From a virus, in the IMG/VR virus record IMGVR_UViG_3300044971_004534: a stretch of 64,000 bases of DNA; one strand, written 5' to 3'. The translations under genes and the position numbers were made by a program. Positions 16,400 to 25,553 of this stretch are shown in pieces; position 1 is the stretch's first letter, and each line of letters opens with the position of its first letter. A model generated the notes under the pieces. That model saw nothing but the letters and a program-made list of their open reading frames with translations, made no database searches and had not been told where the DNA came from.

Positions 16400-16837
16400 T
16401 TATGATTTATTATTAGCTGCTGCAGATCCAAAGTAGAATCCGACTATGCTTAAGAGAACTTCTCTGTTTTCTGATGTCCAAAAGAATCCATTAATTTCTA
16501 CGAATGCTTTCCTTCCAGTTGCTGGAATTAATCCAAATAATCCCTCTGGGTTTTTAACGTCTACTTCAACAAATGTTGGTACTCCAAAGAAAGGAAGTAT
16601 GAACGGAGCAGCGAATGCTCCAAACAGTACGGTGAGAACTATGACTTGACGCACAGCTCTTCCGGCGTCTATGGATACTCTTTGAGCAGCCTTGTCTTGA
16701 TTTTCTGTAGTTTGTTTATTTGCAGTGATCAAACGTTCGAACATTTCTTTTTGATCTTGGCTTTTTTGTGCCATGAATCGGAAAAGAAACCCGGTCGCTC
16801 CGCCACCGATCATACTAATTAATTCTGGTGAAATCAT
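16400..16837 (-). CDS. multi-pass membrane protein (holin candidate)
   Basis: The ATG at 16837 has GAGG 6 nt upstream; the listed TTG start at 16849 is less likely. Hydrophobic segments: LISMIGGGATGFLFRFM, VIVLTVLFGAFAAPFILPFFGV, VLLSIVGFYFGSAA. Confidence 0.6.
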   Translation of the reverse strand: MISPELISMIGGGATGFLFRFMAQKSQDQKEMFERLITANKQTTENQDKAAQRVSIDAGRAVRQVIVLTVLFGAFAAPFILPFFGVPTFVEVDVKNPEGLFGLIPATGRKAFVEINGFFWTSENREVLLSIVGFYFGSAAANNKS

Positions 16838-16963
16838 ATTGTACCTCAATTCTTTCTGACATTCATGTTGTGATCACAAACATCAATTTTTGCTATCCAT
16901 ATATTATTTTGCCACAAAAGAAGTTTATCCTGCTAGGAGATAGGATGACATATTTTGATTAAA

Positions 16964-19900
16964 TTAAATGTTTTTAACAAAATTATACCATCTATTGTAG
17001 CTTGCTCTCTTTCTTCGTGGGCTAAGTCCTCCAATAAGCTTCTTTCCAAACTCTATTTCTGTTTTTGATTGTTCTGCATCAAGGGCCTTAAGCCTTATTT
17101 CTCTTTCTCTTATTTCATTCAATATTTTAATTCTAAGTTCGGATCTAGAATGACCATCCAAAACGTATTGATTTTCAATATCTCTAAGTTTTGATATTTC
17201 CTCAGCAATAGCTAGTTTTTGCTGCAATATGTCATAAAGTCTTTCATCTTCTTCCGTGTCAAGAAGCATATAGTTTACATGATTGTCAGTTAAACTGTTA
17301 ATCCTATAAAATCTACCTTTTGCCTGAGTATCGGAAACTGGAGTCTGAGGCAAATCATTAAAGATTACAAAATCTGCAGTATTTTCTAAACTTAAGCCTG
17401 TACCTCCAGCACTGAAAGAAATGATTATGGCCGCATATTGAGATTGGTCGTAATTTTTCATAAACTCGTCAACATGCATCATTCTATGAGATGGGTTTTC
17501 TTCACCATGCAAAAAGTATACATACTTATTTTTAAATGGCGAATTTTCCGGGAATTGCTTTAATGCATTTTCAATCATTTGCTTCATTGCCTGTCCAGCT
17601 TCGATATTGTCTGTAAAAATACCAACTCTTTTACCACTCATTAACTTTTCTATGGCCTGCCTTGCGCTCAATGGAGCTTTTGCTCTTGCAAGAGATCTTC
17701 TGATAATGCCATAGGCAACAAGTGGATGCTCTAAAGTTCCTCGCATCATTGCTGATTCAAATTCTGCATTTCTAATTTCCATAAAAGAAGAAAGAACATT
17801 TGGGTCATTACTGACAGAATCTTTCACAATTTGTTTTGGAAGCGCTGGCCTAGACGGATCAGAGTCGCGCATGTCTTCTACAATGTCATGCTTAGATCTT
17901 TGCATGTATATCTTAGACTGAACAATAGCGTCACGAATAGCTGTTCCGGTAGATGCTGAGCCTCCACTTGATACAGCAGATGCGAGCTGTGTTACGAAAG
18001 AACCATAATCCAGATCTCCAAGTGGACTATTTATTGCGCGCAATTGATTATATAAATCTTGCTCTTTATTGGCAACGATAGTAGCAGAAGCACCCCAAAC
18101 ATTGCTTGCACCATTTGTGACTATTTGTGTATTAAATGTAGTGAAGTTTGCTTCGTGTTCATCATCCAGCGTTTCGGCTTTATCATCTGGGTCTCCATTT
18201 TTTACAGTGTGTACTTCGTCAAGTATAACTACATCTAACACACCCAGTTTAGAAAGTGCATTGAAATATGCTGTGAGTATGTTTCTTTTTCCCTCTTCTC
18301 CGTACTGTAGTGCTCCAGACCTACCGCCCTTAGTCCCTTCAAGTTCTAATTTTTTTGATTCAAGATTTGATTTTTCTTCAACTGAAATATTCGGGTCTTG
18401 CAATTTATACATAATTTCATCAAGAGTGCTTGTTTTTTGTAGTCTCTCTTCCTGCCTTGCTATAAAGGACTGGTAAAAATTAACTTTGGAATCAACAGCA
18501 TCTCTTATCAAGGAACGAACTTTTTGCATTGCATCTGCCACATTTGTCAAATTCTTGGGATTTTCAAATGCAACCTTAACAACCTCAACCGCTGTTGATT
18601 TTGCTAAGCTTTCTGCATCTTTATCAATTTCTTTTTCTTTGAACCAAGACGAATCTCGGCTATTAAGGTACAAGCTTGGGTGTTTAGAGCTAATCTTAAC
18701 ATTGGTGTTTAAATAAGCTTGAACTGCATCCTTAATAGCTTTATTTTTATCCAGTCCCATATTATTAGCATTAATTACATTACTAATAGAAGCAAACATA
18801 TCTTGTACAATTTGTTCAGCATAGGAAAGAGATCTATTCATAATCATTTGATAAGCTGAAGATATGCTTTGTCTTCTTGCAATCAAGCTTCTTAGAATTT
18901 GCGGTCTTGGAGGTATGGCAAATTTTTCGTAGTTCAAAACACACCACTTCCAGTTGGGAACTGGTATTTTAGCATTTTGATTTTCATCAAATATTTTTGT
19001 GGGATGATCAAACTGCTTTAAATATTCAAATAACTCATCACCAGTCCATATCTGTTCTGGAGAAACTCCAGTATAATATTCTATTTCTTTTTTAAACTGC
19101 GGAACAACAGCAGACTTTGTTAAAACAACTGCCTTCATGTCTTTGTTCAACTTCTTTGCATCTGTTTTAAGTCTTAGGTGACCCGCAACAATAGCTTGAA
19201 GAGTTTTGCCAACTCCCGTTTCATCCCCAAGTATCGCATGAGTTCTTGAATATAAAAACTTTATGCCTTCAATTTGTTTTGGATATATTTGCACATTGTC
19301 TATATTAGCTTGCGGATTACGAGAAAGAGCCTTTTTCTGCAACCCACTGTTGGCTACTGCTTTTACTGCTTGTTCAAAATCCCCTTCAGATTTATAGCCA
19401 TCGCCATCAATAATGCCTTCAAATCTTGCAGTTTTTGGATCAACGTAAGACTTTTTGCGAGGATCGTAAAAAAGTCCACTATTGAAGTCTTTGAATACAA
19501 GAGCAACAAGTTTGTCAACTTTAACACCTCTAGTTCCGCAAATAGTAATGAATCTTTGGAAATCGCTTGGATCTCCTCTTACATACCAACCTTTCGCCGT
19601 AGCCTGTATGTCTGTTGTTTTATGTATGCGGCACAATCTTTTTCTTGGGATAGACCTGCCTCCTTCATCAAAAAGCTCTCTTGAGTAATTGGGATCGTCT
19701 GTAACTCCTGTAAATGCAAATGTTAAGCACTCAACGATATCTAACTGCCTTGGATACGGCACATTGACAATATTTGGGATGCTAATTCTGTACATCCAAT
19801 TTTTATTGGTTTCTTCAAAAATAGATTTAGCTTCTACCTCTGCAAAATTTCTTATGTCTGTAGACTCTTTAATATTTAAAAGATGGGAATCTGCATTGTC

Positions 19901-20569
19901 AACAGTGTCTATATCCCATCCATTTTCTACTAATTCTTGCAAAAGATGACTGTACTGCTCCGAAGTAATTACCTCAACAACATTAGTTGGCTTAGTAAGT
20001 CTGTCTCTCACTGTAGAAACAATTCCTACTTCCGTAAAAATTCTTAATAAGTCCATATTGTCAGTTGCAATTTTGGGTGCAATTATAAGATTTTTCCAGT
20101 TTTTGTCATCGTTTTTATTTAAAAATTCAAATTTATCAAATTTTTTAGATTTAGGAGCTGCTTTCTTTTTTCCAGGTTTCTTTGTTTTTTGCACCGAAGG
20201 TGACAGATTTGCTGGAGTAATTGTGGAAGATGGCTCAACTGCAGTAGCCTCTGAAACTGGCTGTGAAACAGCTGATATAAACTCGTCTTGAATTTCACCT
20301 TTTCCAAACTTACTAGCATGTTCTATTAATAACTGCATGTCTCCAGGCCGAGCAGCTGGAGGTAAACCTAAAAATAAAGACAGGTCAAGGGCGTTGATGG
20401 TCCTAAGTGATTTATTTGATATGTCTTTTAATCTCTTAATTTTTTTGTCATCTAGACCCATGTTTTTAAGGTCAGATTCAGGTCTACTCAACAAATCTTT
20501 AGTAAATGTTATGATGTTTCTTCCAGACTGAAGTGTCTGAGAGGTTTTAATAATATCAAAAAGTCTCAA
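16964..20569 (-). CDS. SNF2/Rad54-family helicase with ~430-aa N-terminal extension
   Basis: Motif I ILGDETGVGKTLQAI, motif II VILDEVHTVKNG, motif III WGASATIVANK, motif V FSAGGTGLSLE, motif VI SDTQAKGRFYRINS. N-terminus MRLFDIIKTSQ and C-terminus NRWYNFVKNI are tag-like. Confidence 0.9.
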   Translation of the reverse strand: MRLFDIIKTSQTLQSGRNIITFTKDLLSRPESDLKNMGLDDKKIKRLKDISNKSLRTINALDLSLFLGLPPAARPGDMQLLIEHASKFGKGEIQDEFISAVSQPVSEATAVEPSSTITPANLSPSVQKTKKPGKKKAAPKSKKFDKFEFLNKNDDKNWKNLIIAPKIATDNMDLLRIFTEVGIVSTVRDRLTKPTNVVEVITSEQYSHLLQELVENGWDIDTVDNADSHLLNIKESTDIRNFAEVEAKSIFEETNKNWMYRISIPNIVNVPYPRQLDIVECLTFAFTGVTDDPNYSRELFDEGGRSIPRKRLCRIHKTTDIQATAKGWYVRGDPSDFQRFITICGTRGVKVDKLVALVFKDFNSGLFYDPRKKSYVDPKTARFEGIIDGDGYKSEGDFEQAVKAVANSGLQKKALSRNPQANIDNVQIYPKQIEGIKFLYSRTHAILGDETGVGKTLQAIVAGHLRLKTDAKKLNKDMKAVVLTKSAVVPQFKKEIEYYTGVSPEQIWTGDELFEYLKQFDHPTKIFDENQNAKIPVPNWKWCVLNYEKFAIPPRPQILRSLIARRQSISSAYQMIMNRSLSYAEQIVQDMFASISNVINANNMGLDKNKAIKDAVQAYLNTNVKISSKHPSLYLNSRDSSWFKEKEIDKDAESLAKSTAVEVVKVAFENPKNLTNVADAMQKVRSLIRDAVDSKVNFYQSFIARQEERLQKTSTLDEIMYKLQDPNISVEEKSNLESKKLELEGTKGGRSGALQYGEEGKRNILTAYFNALSKLGVLDVVILDEVHTVKNGDPDDKAETLDDEHEANFTTFNTQIVTNGASNVWGASATIVANKEQDLYNQLRAINSPLGDLDYGSFVTQLASAVSSGGSASTGTAIRDAIVQSKIYMQRSKHDIVEDMRDSDPSRPALPKQIVKDSVSNDPNVLSSFMEIRNAEFESAMMRGTLEHPLVAYGIIRRSLARAKAPLSARQAIEKLMSGKRVGIFTDNIEAGQAMKQMIENALKQFPENSPFKNKYVYFLHGEENPSHRMMHVDEFMKNYDQSQYAAIIISFSAGGTGLSLENTADFVIFNDLPQTPVSDTQAKGRFYRINSLTDNHVNYMLLDTEEDERLYDILQQKLAIAEEISKLRDIENQYVLDGHSRSELRIKILNEIREREIRLKALDAEQSKTEIEFGKKLIGGLSPRRKRASYNRWYNFVKNI

Positions 20570-20587
20570 AGGGATCTCCTTGCTAGC

Positions 20588-20597
20588 ATAGTATAAA
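20588..20597 (+). promoter_or_regulatory. candidate -10-like promoter element ataGTATAAA
   Basis: gctagcatagtataaattactac lies 42 nt upstream of the ATG at 20639. It shares GTATAAA..TACTAC with the 23547 copy and TAGCAT..AGTATAAA with the 10663 copy. Confidence 0.3.
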
Positions 20598-20638
20598 TTA
20601 CTACTTATTTTTTTTGTTTCTACCTTGGAGTCTTACTC

Positions 20639-21820
20639 ATGGCAATTATAAAAACAAGTTCTACAACTGGTAAAAAAACCGTCATACTAAACGACCAAGA
20701 ATGGGTCGCTCAAGGGATTATTAACGGATGGTTCACTAATGATGAATTAAAAGAAATCACATCATTTGCATCCTCATTAGCAACTGATGCAAGAATCAAA
20801 GATCAACTATTGACAAAAATAGCATATATAGATGACTACACTCAGGCAGAACAAATGCGTAGATCAGAAGCTGCTCGCAAAGGAGCAGAAACAAGGCGCA
20901 GGAATAGAGCTGCCCAGCAAGCTCCAGCAGCAGCTCCAGCAGTAGCTCCAGTAGCAGCTCCAGTAGTAGCCCCAGCGGTAGCAGCGCAAATAAGAGATCC
21001 ACGCACTGGAATGATAGTGAGACAGACTCCAGAACAGATGATTGGAAGTATGCAAAGAAACAGGTTTGGAGATGCTGCCAGAGCAAACTATCAAAGATTG
21101 CAAAGCATGCCACCAGCTCAAAGAGAAGCTTTTATGAGTCAATTGCAGCAAACTCCACAAGGTAGACAGGCATTGACTCAAATAGCTCAATTTGAAAAAA
21201 ATGTTGCACCAGGAATGTCTGGATTTGTTCAGAGAATTGACCCAAAAACAGGAAAACCTATATCTCAATTAGCAGGCTTAGGACAGGATGTAGCTGCAAA
21301 AACAAGAGCTATTGGACAAGCAGTAAAGGGTACGCCGGGGCAAATTGCCAGAGTTGCTCCTCAGACGGCGCAAAACCTGAGCACGTTGGGAAGAGGGGTA
21401 CAGACTGTTGGTTCAGGAGCTGCAAATGTTGGAAGAATGGGGCTTCAGGGACTTGGGGCTGGTCCTCAAATAATGGGGGGTGTTGGCATTGGTGGTTTGC
21501 TAATGGGTGCGGGCGGCGCATATTTAGGAGCAAAAGGATACCAATATCTAAGAGACAGATCTATAAATAATCAAGTTATTAATAAGGAATTTTTAACTAA
21601 CCCACAAAAAGTTAATTCAGCTCTTGTAGCTAGCTCTCAGCTTAAATCTTTACAGGGAGCGAAGGGTGCTACAAATGCTATAGATGACGCCATTGAAAGA
21701 TTAAATGCAACAGTACTTGCAGCAATCAATAAAATGAATGAGCAGTCACCGCTTGCTCAACAAGTGGTTCAACAAACGCTGCAAGGCATGCAGCAACAAA
21801 GACCTCAACAACAGGCTTAA
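20639..21820 (+). CDS. tag / glycine-zipper / helix family protein (member A), AP- and Q-rich
   Basis: VILNDQEWVAQGIINGWF tag; APAAAPAVAPVAAPVVAPAVAA linker; glycine zipper IMGGVGIGGLLMGAGGAYLGAKGYQYLRD; Q-rich C-terminus. Confidence 0.8.
   Translation: MAIIKTSSTTGKKTVILNDQEWVAQGIINGWFTNDELKEITSFASSLATDARIKDQLLTKIAYIDDYTQAEQMRRSEAARKGAETRRRNRAAQQAPAAAPAVAPVAAPVVAPAVAAQIRDPRTGMIVRQTPEQMIGSMQRNRFGDAARANYQRLQSMPPAQREAFMSQLQQTPQGRQALTQIAQFEKNVAPGMSGFVQRIDPKTGKPISQLAGLGQDVAAKTRAIGQAVKGTPGQIARVAPQTAQNLSTLGRGVQTVGSGAANVGRMGLQGLGAGPQIMGGVGIGGLLMGAGGAYLGAKGYQYLRDRSINNQVINKEFLTNPQKVNSALVASSQLKSLQGAKGATNAIDDAIERLNATVLAAINKMNEQSPLAQQVVQQTLQGMQQQRPQQQA
20921..20986 (+). repeat. imperfect 12-nt tandem repeat (gctccagyagya) encoding an Ala-Pro-Val linker
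   Basis: gctccagcagca gctccagcagta gctccagtagca gctccagtagta gccccagcggta, read directly from the sequence. Confidence 0.8.
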
Positions 21821-21838
21821 TATTTTACAGGCATAAAT

Positions 21839-22402
21839 ATGGAAAACAAAAAATTTAAACTTACAAAAGAAGCTTGGCAAAATGCCGGTGTTAAAAAGGG
21901 CTATTTTAAAAGTGCAGAAGAAAAAGATAGACTGCAAAAAGAAGCATTTGCTCCGTTAGTGACAGGGCTACTGGGGGGAGTTGCTGGTATGGCTGGCAAT
22001 TATCTTTATGATAAATATAAGTCTGGAGACTGGAAAGAAAGACTTTTTGGCTACGGAATACCTCAAGAAAAGATTAATCAAATAAAGCAAGTTTTACAGC
22101 AGTCTGAGGCTACGTTTGCAAATATAGCTGGAATGTCTCCACAGGTTGATGAGGCAATCAAGAATTTTAAAGAGCAGACCCAAGCTTCTTTGCAAAGAGC
22201 AGAAGCTGAAAATGCAGCTGCAGGAAAGGGCAATGCTCAATTGGCCGCAGATCAACTCGCCAAGCAGCAACAGCAAGGCCAAGCTCAGTCAGGACAAACT
22301 CCACAGCAGGGAGCACAGCCTGGTCAAGCTCAGCAGGGGGCTCAATCTGAGCAGGGGCAGCAGACAGGAAAGCCGCCTGAACTATTGGAAAAACCAGAAT
22401 AA
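21839..22402 (+). CDS. tag / glycine-zipper / helix family protein (member B), Q-rich tail
   Basis: KFKLTKEAWQNAGVKKGYF tag; LLGGVAGMAGNYLYDKYK zipper; ANIAGMSPQVDEAIKNF helix; C-terminal QQQGQAQSGQTPQQGAQPGQAQQGAQSEQGQQ. Confidence 0.8.
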   Translation: MENKKFKLTKEAWQNAGVKKGYFKSAEEKDRLQKEAFAPLVTGLLGGVAGMAGNYLYDKYKSGDWKERLFGYGIPQEKINQIKQVLQQSEATFANIAGMSPQVDEAIKNFKEQTQASLQRAEAENAAAGKGNAQLAADQLAKQQQQGQAQSGQTPQQGAQPGQAQQGAQSEQGQQTGKPPELLEKPE

Positions 22403-22423
22403 ATAATTATTAAATTAAAAGCT

Positions 22424-22460
22424 AAAGACTACTTCCATCCAGTGGAGTAGTCTTTTTCTT
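22424..22460 (+). terminator. rho-independent terminator for 21839..22402, embedded in the 3' end of the convergent gene
   Basis: aaagactact / agtagtcttt forms a 10-bp stem with a 12-nt loop, followed by ttttctt. Confidence 0.5.
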
Positions 22461-22809
22461 CTACAATCAAACTGCCTAGTTCTTTGTTTATGAGTTTCTT
22501 TTTTTCAGATCTTTCAGCGTTGTAAAAATACACATTTCTTGCAAGAGAAATAAACTCTTCATCAAACTGTTTGTTAAATTCTTTTTTCCTAATTGCCTCT
22601 TCTATGTCCCACAATGTTTGATTGACTTCCATCATAGACAGTATGCATTGCTCTATGATTGCTTGATCAAATCTAGTAGAAGCCACAGACATTAATTTTT
22701 CAAACTCTTTGTTTACATTTAATAGCTTAACTGGATCTGAGAATTTAATAGACTTAATTTTTAATATTGATATTTTATCAAAAAGTTCACCGAATGAAAC
22801 TGGTATCAT
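22429..22809 (-). CDS. conserved small protein often found next to glycosyltransferases (DUF6165-like, from memory)
   Basis: A start at MIPVSFGELFDKISILKIK (22809) gives a TAATG overlap with the upstream stop. I recall the pattern IGEL.DKI.IL.IK...LW.IE..IR from this family. Confidence 0.55.
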   Translation of the reverse strand: MIPVSFGELFDKISILKIKSIKFSDPVKLLNVNKEFEKLMSVASTRFDQAIIEQCILSMMEVNQTLWDIEEAIRKKEFNKQFDEEFISLARNVYFYNAERSEKKKLINKELGSLIVEEKDYSTGWK

Positions 22810-23528
22810 TAAAGCATTGTCTTCCATGGCAGTCTTTCCTTTGAAATCTTATATCCAATATATCCACATTTTTTTCTTACTTCATCATATCGAAAAAGTT
22901 TGTCTGATTTTAAATTAAGATGTTCACATAAGTTTTTTATACTACTTTCCATCAGGTGTATCTCTTCAGCATTTTCTAATGCAGAACAAAGATGAAATAA
23001 ATTTATCGACTTATCATTCCTAATTTGTTTTAAAGATGTTTTTGGCTCAAGAACAAATCCTTTATCTGGATCATCATGAATAAATGCATATGCTCCATAT
23101 GCTCCAAGTTTTTCTAGCACTTTTTTTTCTTCTTCAAGATCTCTTTGTATGTAAAAACTTTTATAACGATTTTCATAAGGGACTTTTGCAATTTCATAGA
23201 TCACTTCATCAAATTTTTTATATTTTTTAAATATTTTATTATAATTATTTATAGCGGTACTACCGGCAAAAATAACTCGTGAATGTAGATTTGCTGCTAC
23301 TTTGGTGCAATAATCATATGCACCTACCCGTGATGCATTTATTGGAATAACTGTAATCGCAGGGTTATCCCGATACATCCATTTAACAAGATTGGTATAT
23401 ATTTTTGGGATATAAACATAAACTTTATCTACTGCATGCTGATTAGCATAATATCTACAAAGCCCATTACATATGATAGCGTCTCCTAAACCTTGAGGAT
23501 GCAGAATGCTTATACGTTCTTTTTTCAT
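22809..23528 (-). CDS. putative glycosyltransferase-like protein
   Basis: N-terminus ISILHPQGLGDAIICNG resembles the GT9 (heptosyltransferase) N-terminal GLGD motif. The protein is short (239 aa), so the assignment is weak. Confidence 0.35.
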   Translation of the reverse strand: MKKERISILHPQGLGDAIICNGLCRYYANQHAVDKVYVYIPKIYTNLVKWMYRDNPAITVIPINASRVGAYDYCTKVAANLHSRVIFAGSTAINNYNKIFKKYKKFDEVIYEIAKVPYENRYKSFYIQRDLEEEKKVLEKLGAYGAYAFIHDDPDKGFVLEPKTSLKQIRNDKSINLFHLCSALENAEEIHLMESSIKNLCEHLNLKSDKLFRYDEVRKKCGYIGYKISKERLPWKTML

Positions 23529-23546
23529 AGGTATTTTAGTAATTGA

Positions 23547-23556
23547 ATTGTATAAA
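23547..23556 (+). promoter_or_regulatory. candidate -10-like promoter element attGTATAAA
   Basis: gaattgtataaaagtactactg lies 34 nt upstream of the ATG at 23590, in the divergent intergenic region. Confidence 0.3.
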
Positions 23557-23589
23557 AGTACTACTGTTATTTACAAAATGGAACAAAAT

Positions 23590-24354
23590 ATGACCTGGTA
23601 TAAATTATCACAGCAATTCTCTGGCAGTACGTATACGGTTGTAGAAGGGGATAGTCTATCTGGCATAGCAAAAAAAATGCTGCATGATATTAATCGATGG
23701 CCAGAAATACAAAAACTTAATAATATTGATGACCCAAATAAGATACAGCCTGGTCAAGTTATAAAATTACCAGAAAAAAAAATACAGACAGATCAAGATA
23801 ATAAAAAAACAAAAATTCAGAATACAGCAAATAATGTTGACGTTTTTGAAGAGCTAAAAAAAGAAATCTCAAGTGGAGAGGGCAACTACTACTCATACAA
23901 TAGGGGGGTAGCTGGCGATACTCCAAAACCAAAAATAGATATTACCAAATTAACAGTGGGACAGATTATTAAAATGCAAAATACTAGTGGTTCAGACAAA
24001 AAAAAGCTTCTTTTTGCTGTTGGAAAATATCAAATGACACCAGCTACACTTGCAGAATCAATAAGGCATCCTAAAGTTGGAGTAAGCTTAAATGATTTAT
24101 TTACTCCAGATGTACAAGAAAAACTATTTATGTATTTACTATATAAAAGAGCCAACTTAATGGCCTATATAGAAGGTAGAAGTGACAACATAGATGCTGC
24201 CGTCAATGACTTGGCCGCTGAATTTGCGTCTTTACCAACAACTTCCGGCAAAGGCAGATACGATAAAGACAAGGCAGGAAATATGGCAAGTGGTGGACTT
24301 GCTAGAGTAGAAAGAATAAAGTCAATACTTTTAAATATAAAAAATAATCGTTAA
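23590..24354 (+). CDS. LysM-domain peptidoglycan hydrolase (lysozyme/transglycosylase-like) with N-terminal MTWYKLSQ tag
   Basis: LysM: YTVVEGDSLSGIAKKML...INRWPEIQKLNNIDDPNKIQPGQVIKLP. The C-terminal EISSGEGNYYSYN...AVGKYQMTPATL resembles the E-S-x-G ... G-x-YQ motif of lysozyme-like transglycosylases. Confidence 0.7.
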   Translation: MTWYKLSQQFSGSTYTVVEGDSLSGIAKKMLHDINRWPEIQKLNNIDDPNKIQPGQVIKLPEKKIQTDQDNKKTKIQNTANNVDVFEELKKEISSGEGNYYSYNRGVAGDTPKPKIDITKLTVGQIIKMQNTSGSDKKKLLFAVGKYQMTPATLAESIRHPKVGVSLNDLFTPDVQEKLFMYLLYKRANLMAYIEGRSDNIDAAVNDLAAEFASLPTTSGKGRYDKDKAGNMASGGLARVERIKSILLNIKNNR

Positions 24355-24358
24355 TTAT

Positions 24359-25540
24359 ATGAGTAACAATATACAAAGAAGCGATTATTCGTTATATGAT
24401 TTTACCATTTGCACTCTTGCTTGCACAAAACAAAAAAAATATGCTGATCGCCTAAAAGACTATATAGATTTTTATGGTTTTAGATTCAATAATAAATCTT
24501 TAAAAATAAAATTTGTTTTTTTAGTGGAAGATGAAATCAGACCAGATTTTCTTCATAAAGAACATATTTGGTATAACTGCCCTGGACTTCCAATGTCTAT
24601 GAGATGGGCAAAGTACTTGAAAGATGAACATGTTGATTCTAAATGGATTATGCAAGTAGATGATGATTCAAGCACAGATATAGATAAAACAGTAGAAATT
24701 CTAAATCAGTACTATGATCATCAAGATAGCATGCTGTTAATGGGTGGGAGAAATACCGACTTAGAGCTTGGTCAACAAAACATATTAAAATCAATGAAAA
24801 TTGAAAATATATTTTTTGAATCAAACGATATCAGTAAATTTGAAGGCATTCCCTATTTTGTTCACGCATGGGAGCCTTCAATAATCTCTTACAGTGGTAT
24901 GCACAAAATGAAAAAATGGGATCGCTTGAATGAGTATTTTTCTTTATGCAAAAACATAAGACCTACATTTGGAGATCAAACTCCTTACGTAATTGCAAAG
25001 CTGTCAAAGATTCCCATAGTAGAAGCTTCTTTTTTATGCCCTTTTAATTGGGCTAATATGTATAGTGCAATAAATAAACAAGGTAGATATTCTCACATAC
25101 ATTATGTTACAGACAAGTGGAATTTTTTTACTAACTTTAAAATAGCTATGAAAAATAATTTGACTTTTGAAAATGAAAAAGAAACAAAAAAATATTTATC
25201 AAATCACATAAAAAGTAATGCTATTTTAGACAAAAACATAAGGTCAATACGTGATGAGCAAAAACATATTTTAGACAAAGACGTAAAATTAAAGCTAACA
25301 AACAAGATAAATAGCAAAAATGTTATGATAGTAAATATCATGAGAAATGGATCTATTGTTGTGGACAATAAGGACATGATTTGGCAACATAATGGAAAAG
25401 ATAGGTTGTCTATATTTAATAAAAAAACTAAGATAAAAGTTGGAGAGATTTTAAAAAACGCACATACAAAAGAATATTTTGCGACTCTTGACATGAACGG
25501 AAAAACTAGCGCTACAGCATGGGTAGGCAAAGAAGTTTGA
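24359..25540 (+). CDS. hypothetical protein, possible GT-A glycosyltransferase (DXD)
   Basis: WIMQVDDDSSTDIDK provides a DXD-like motif. The gene lies in the glycan cluster. No stronger evidence. Confidence 0.3.
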   Translation: MSNNIQRSDYSLYDFTICTLACTKQKKYADRLKDYIDFYGFRFNNKSLKIKFVFLVEDEIRPDFLHKEHIWYNCPGLPMSMRWAKYLKDEHVDSKWIMQVDDDSSTDIDKTVEILNQYYDHQDSMLLMGGRNTDLELGQQNILKSMKIENIFFESNDISKFEGIPYFVHAWEPSIISYSGMHKMKKWDRLNEYFSLCKNIRPTFGDQTPYVIAKLSKIPIVEASFLCPFNWANMYSAINKQGRYSHIHYVTDKWNFFTNFKIAMKNNLTFENEKETKKYLSNHIKSNAILDKNIRSIRDEQKHILDKDVKLKLTNKINSKNVMIVNIMRNGSIVVDNKDMIWQHNGKDRLSIFNKKTKIKVGEILKNAHTKEYFATLDMNGKTSATAWVGKEV

Positions 25541-25553
25541 AAGGAAATTATAC

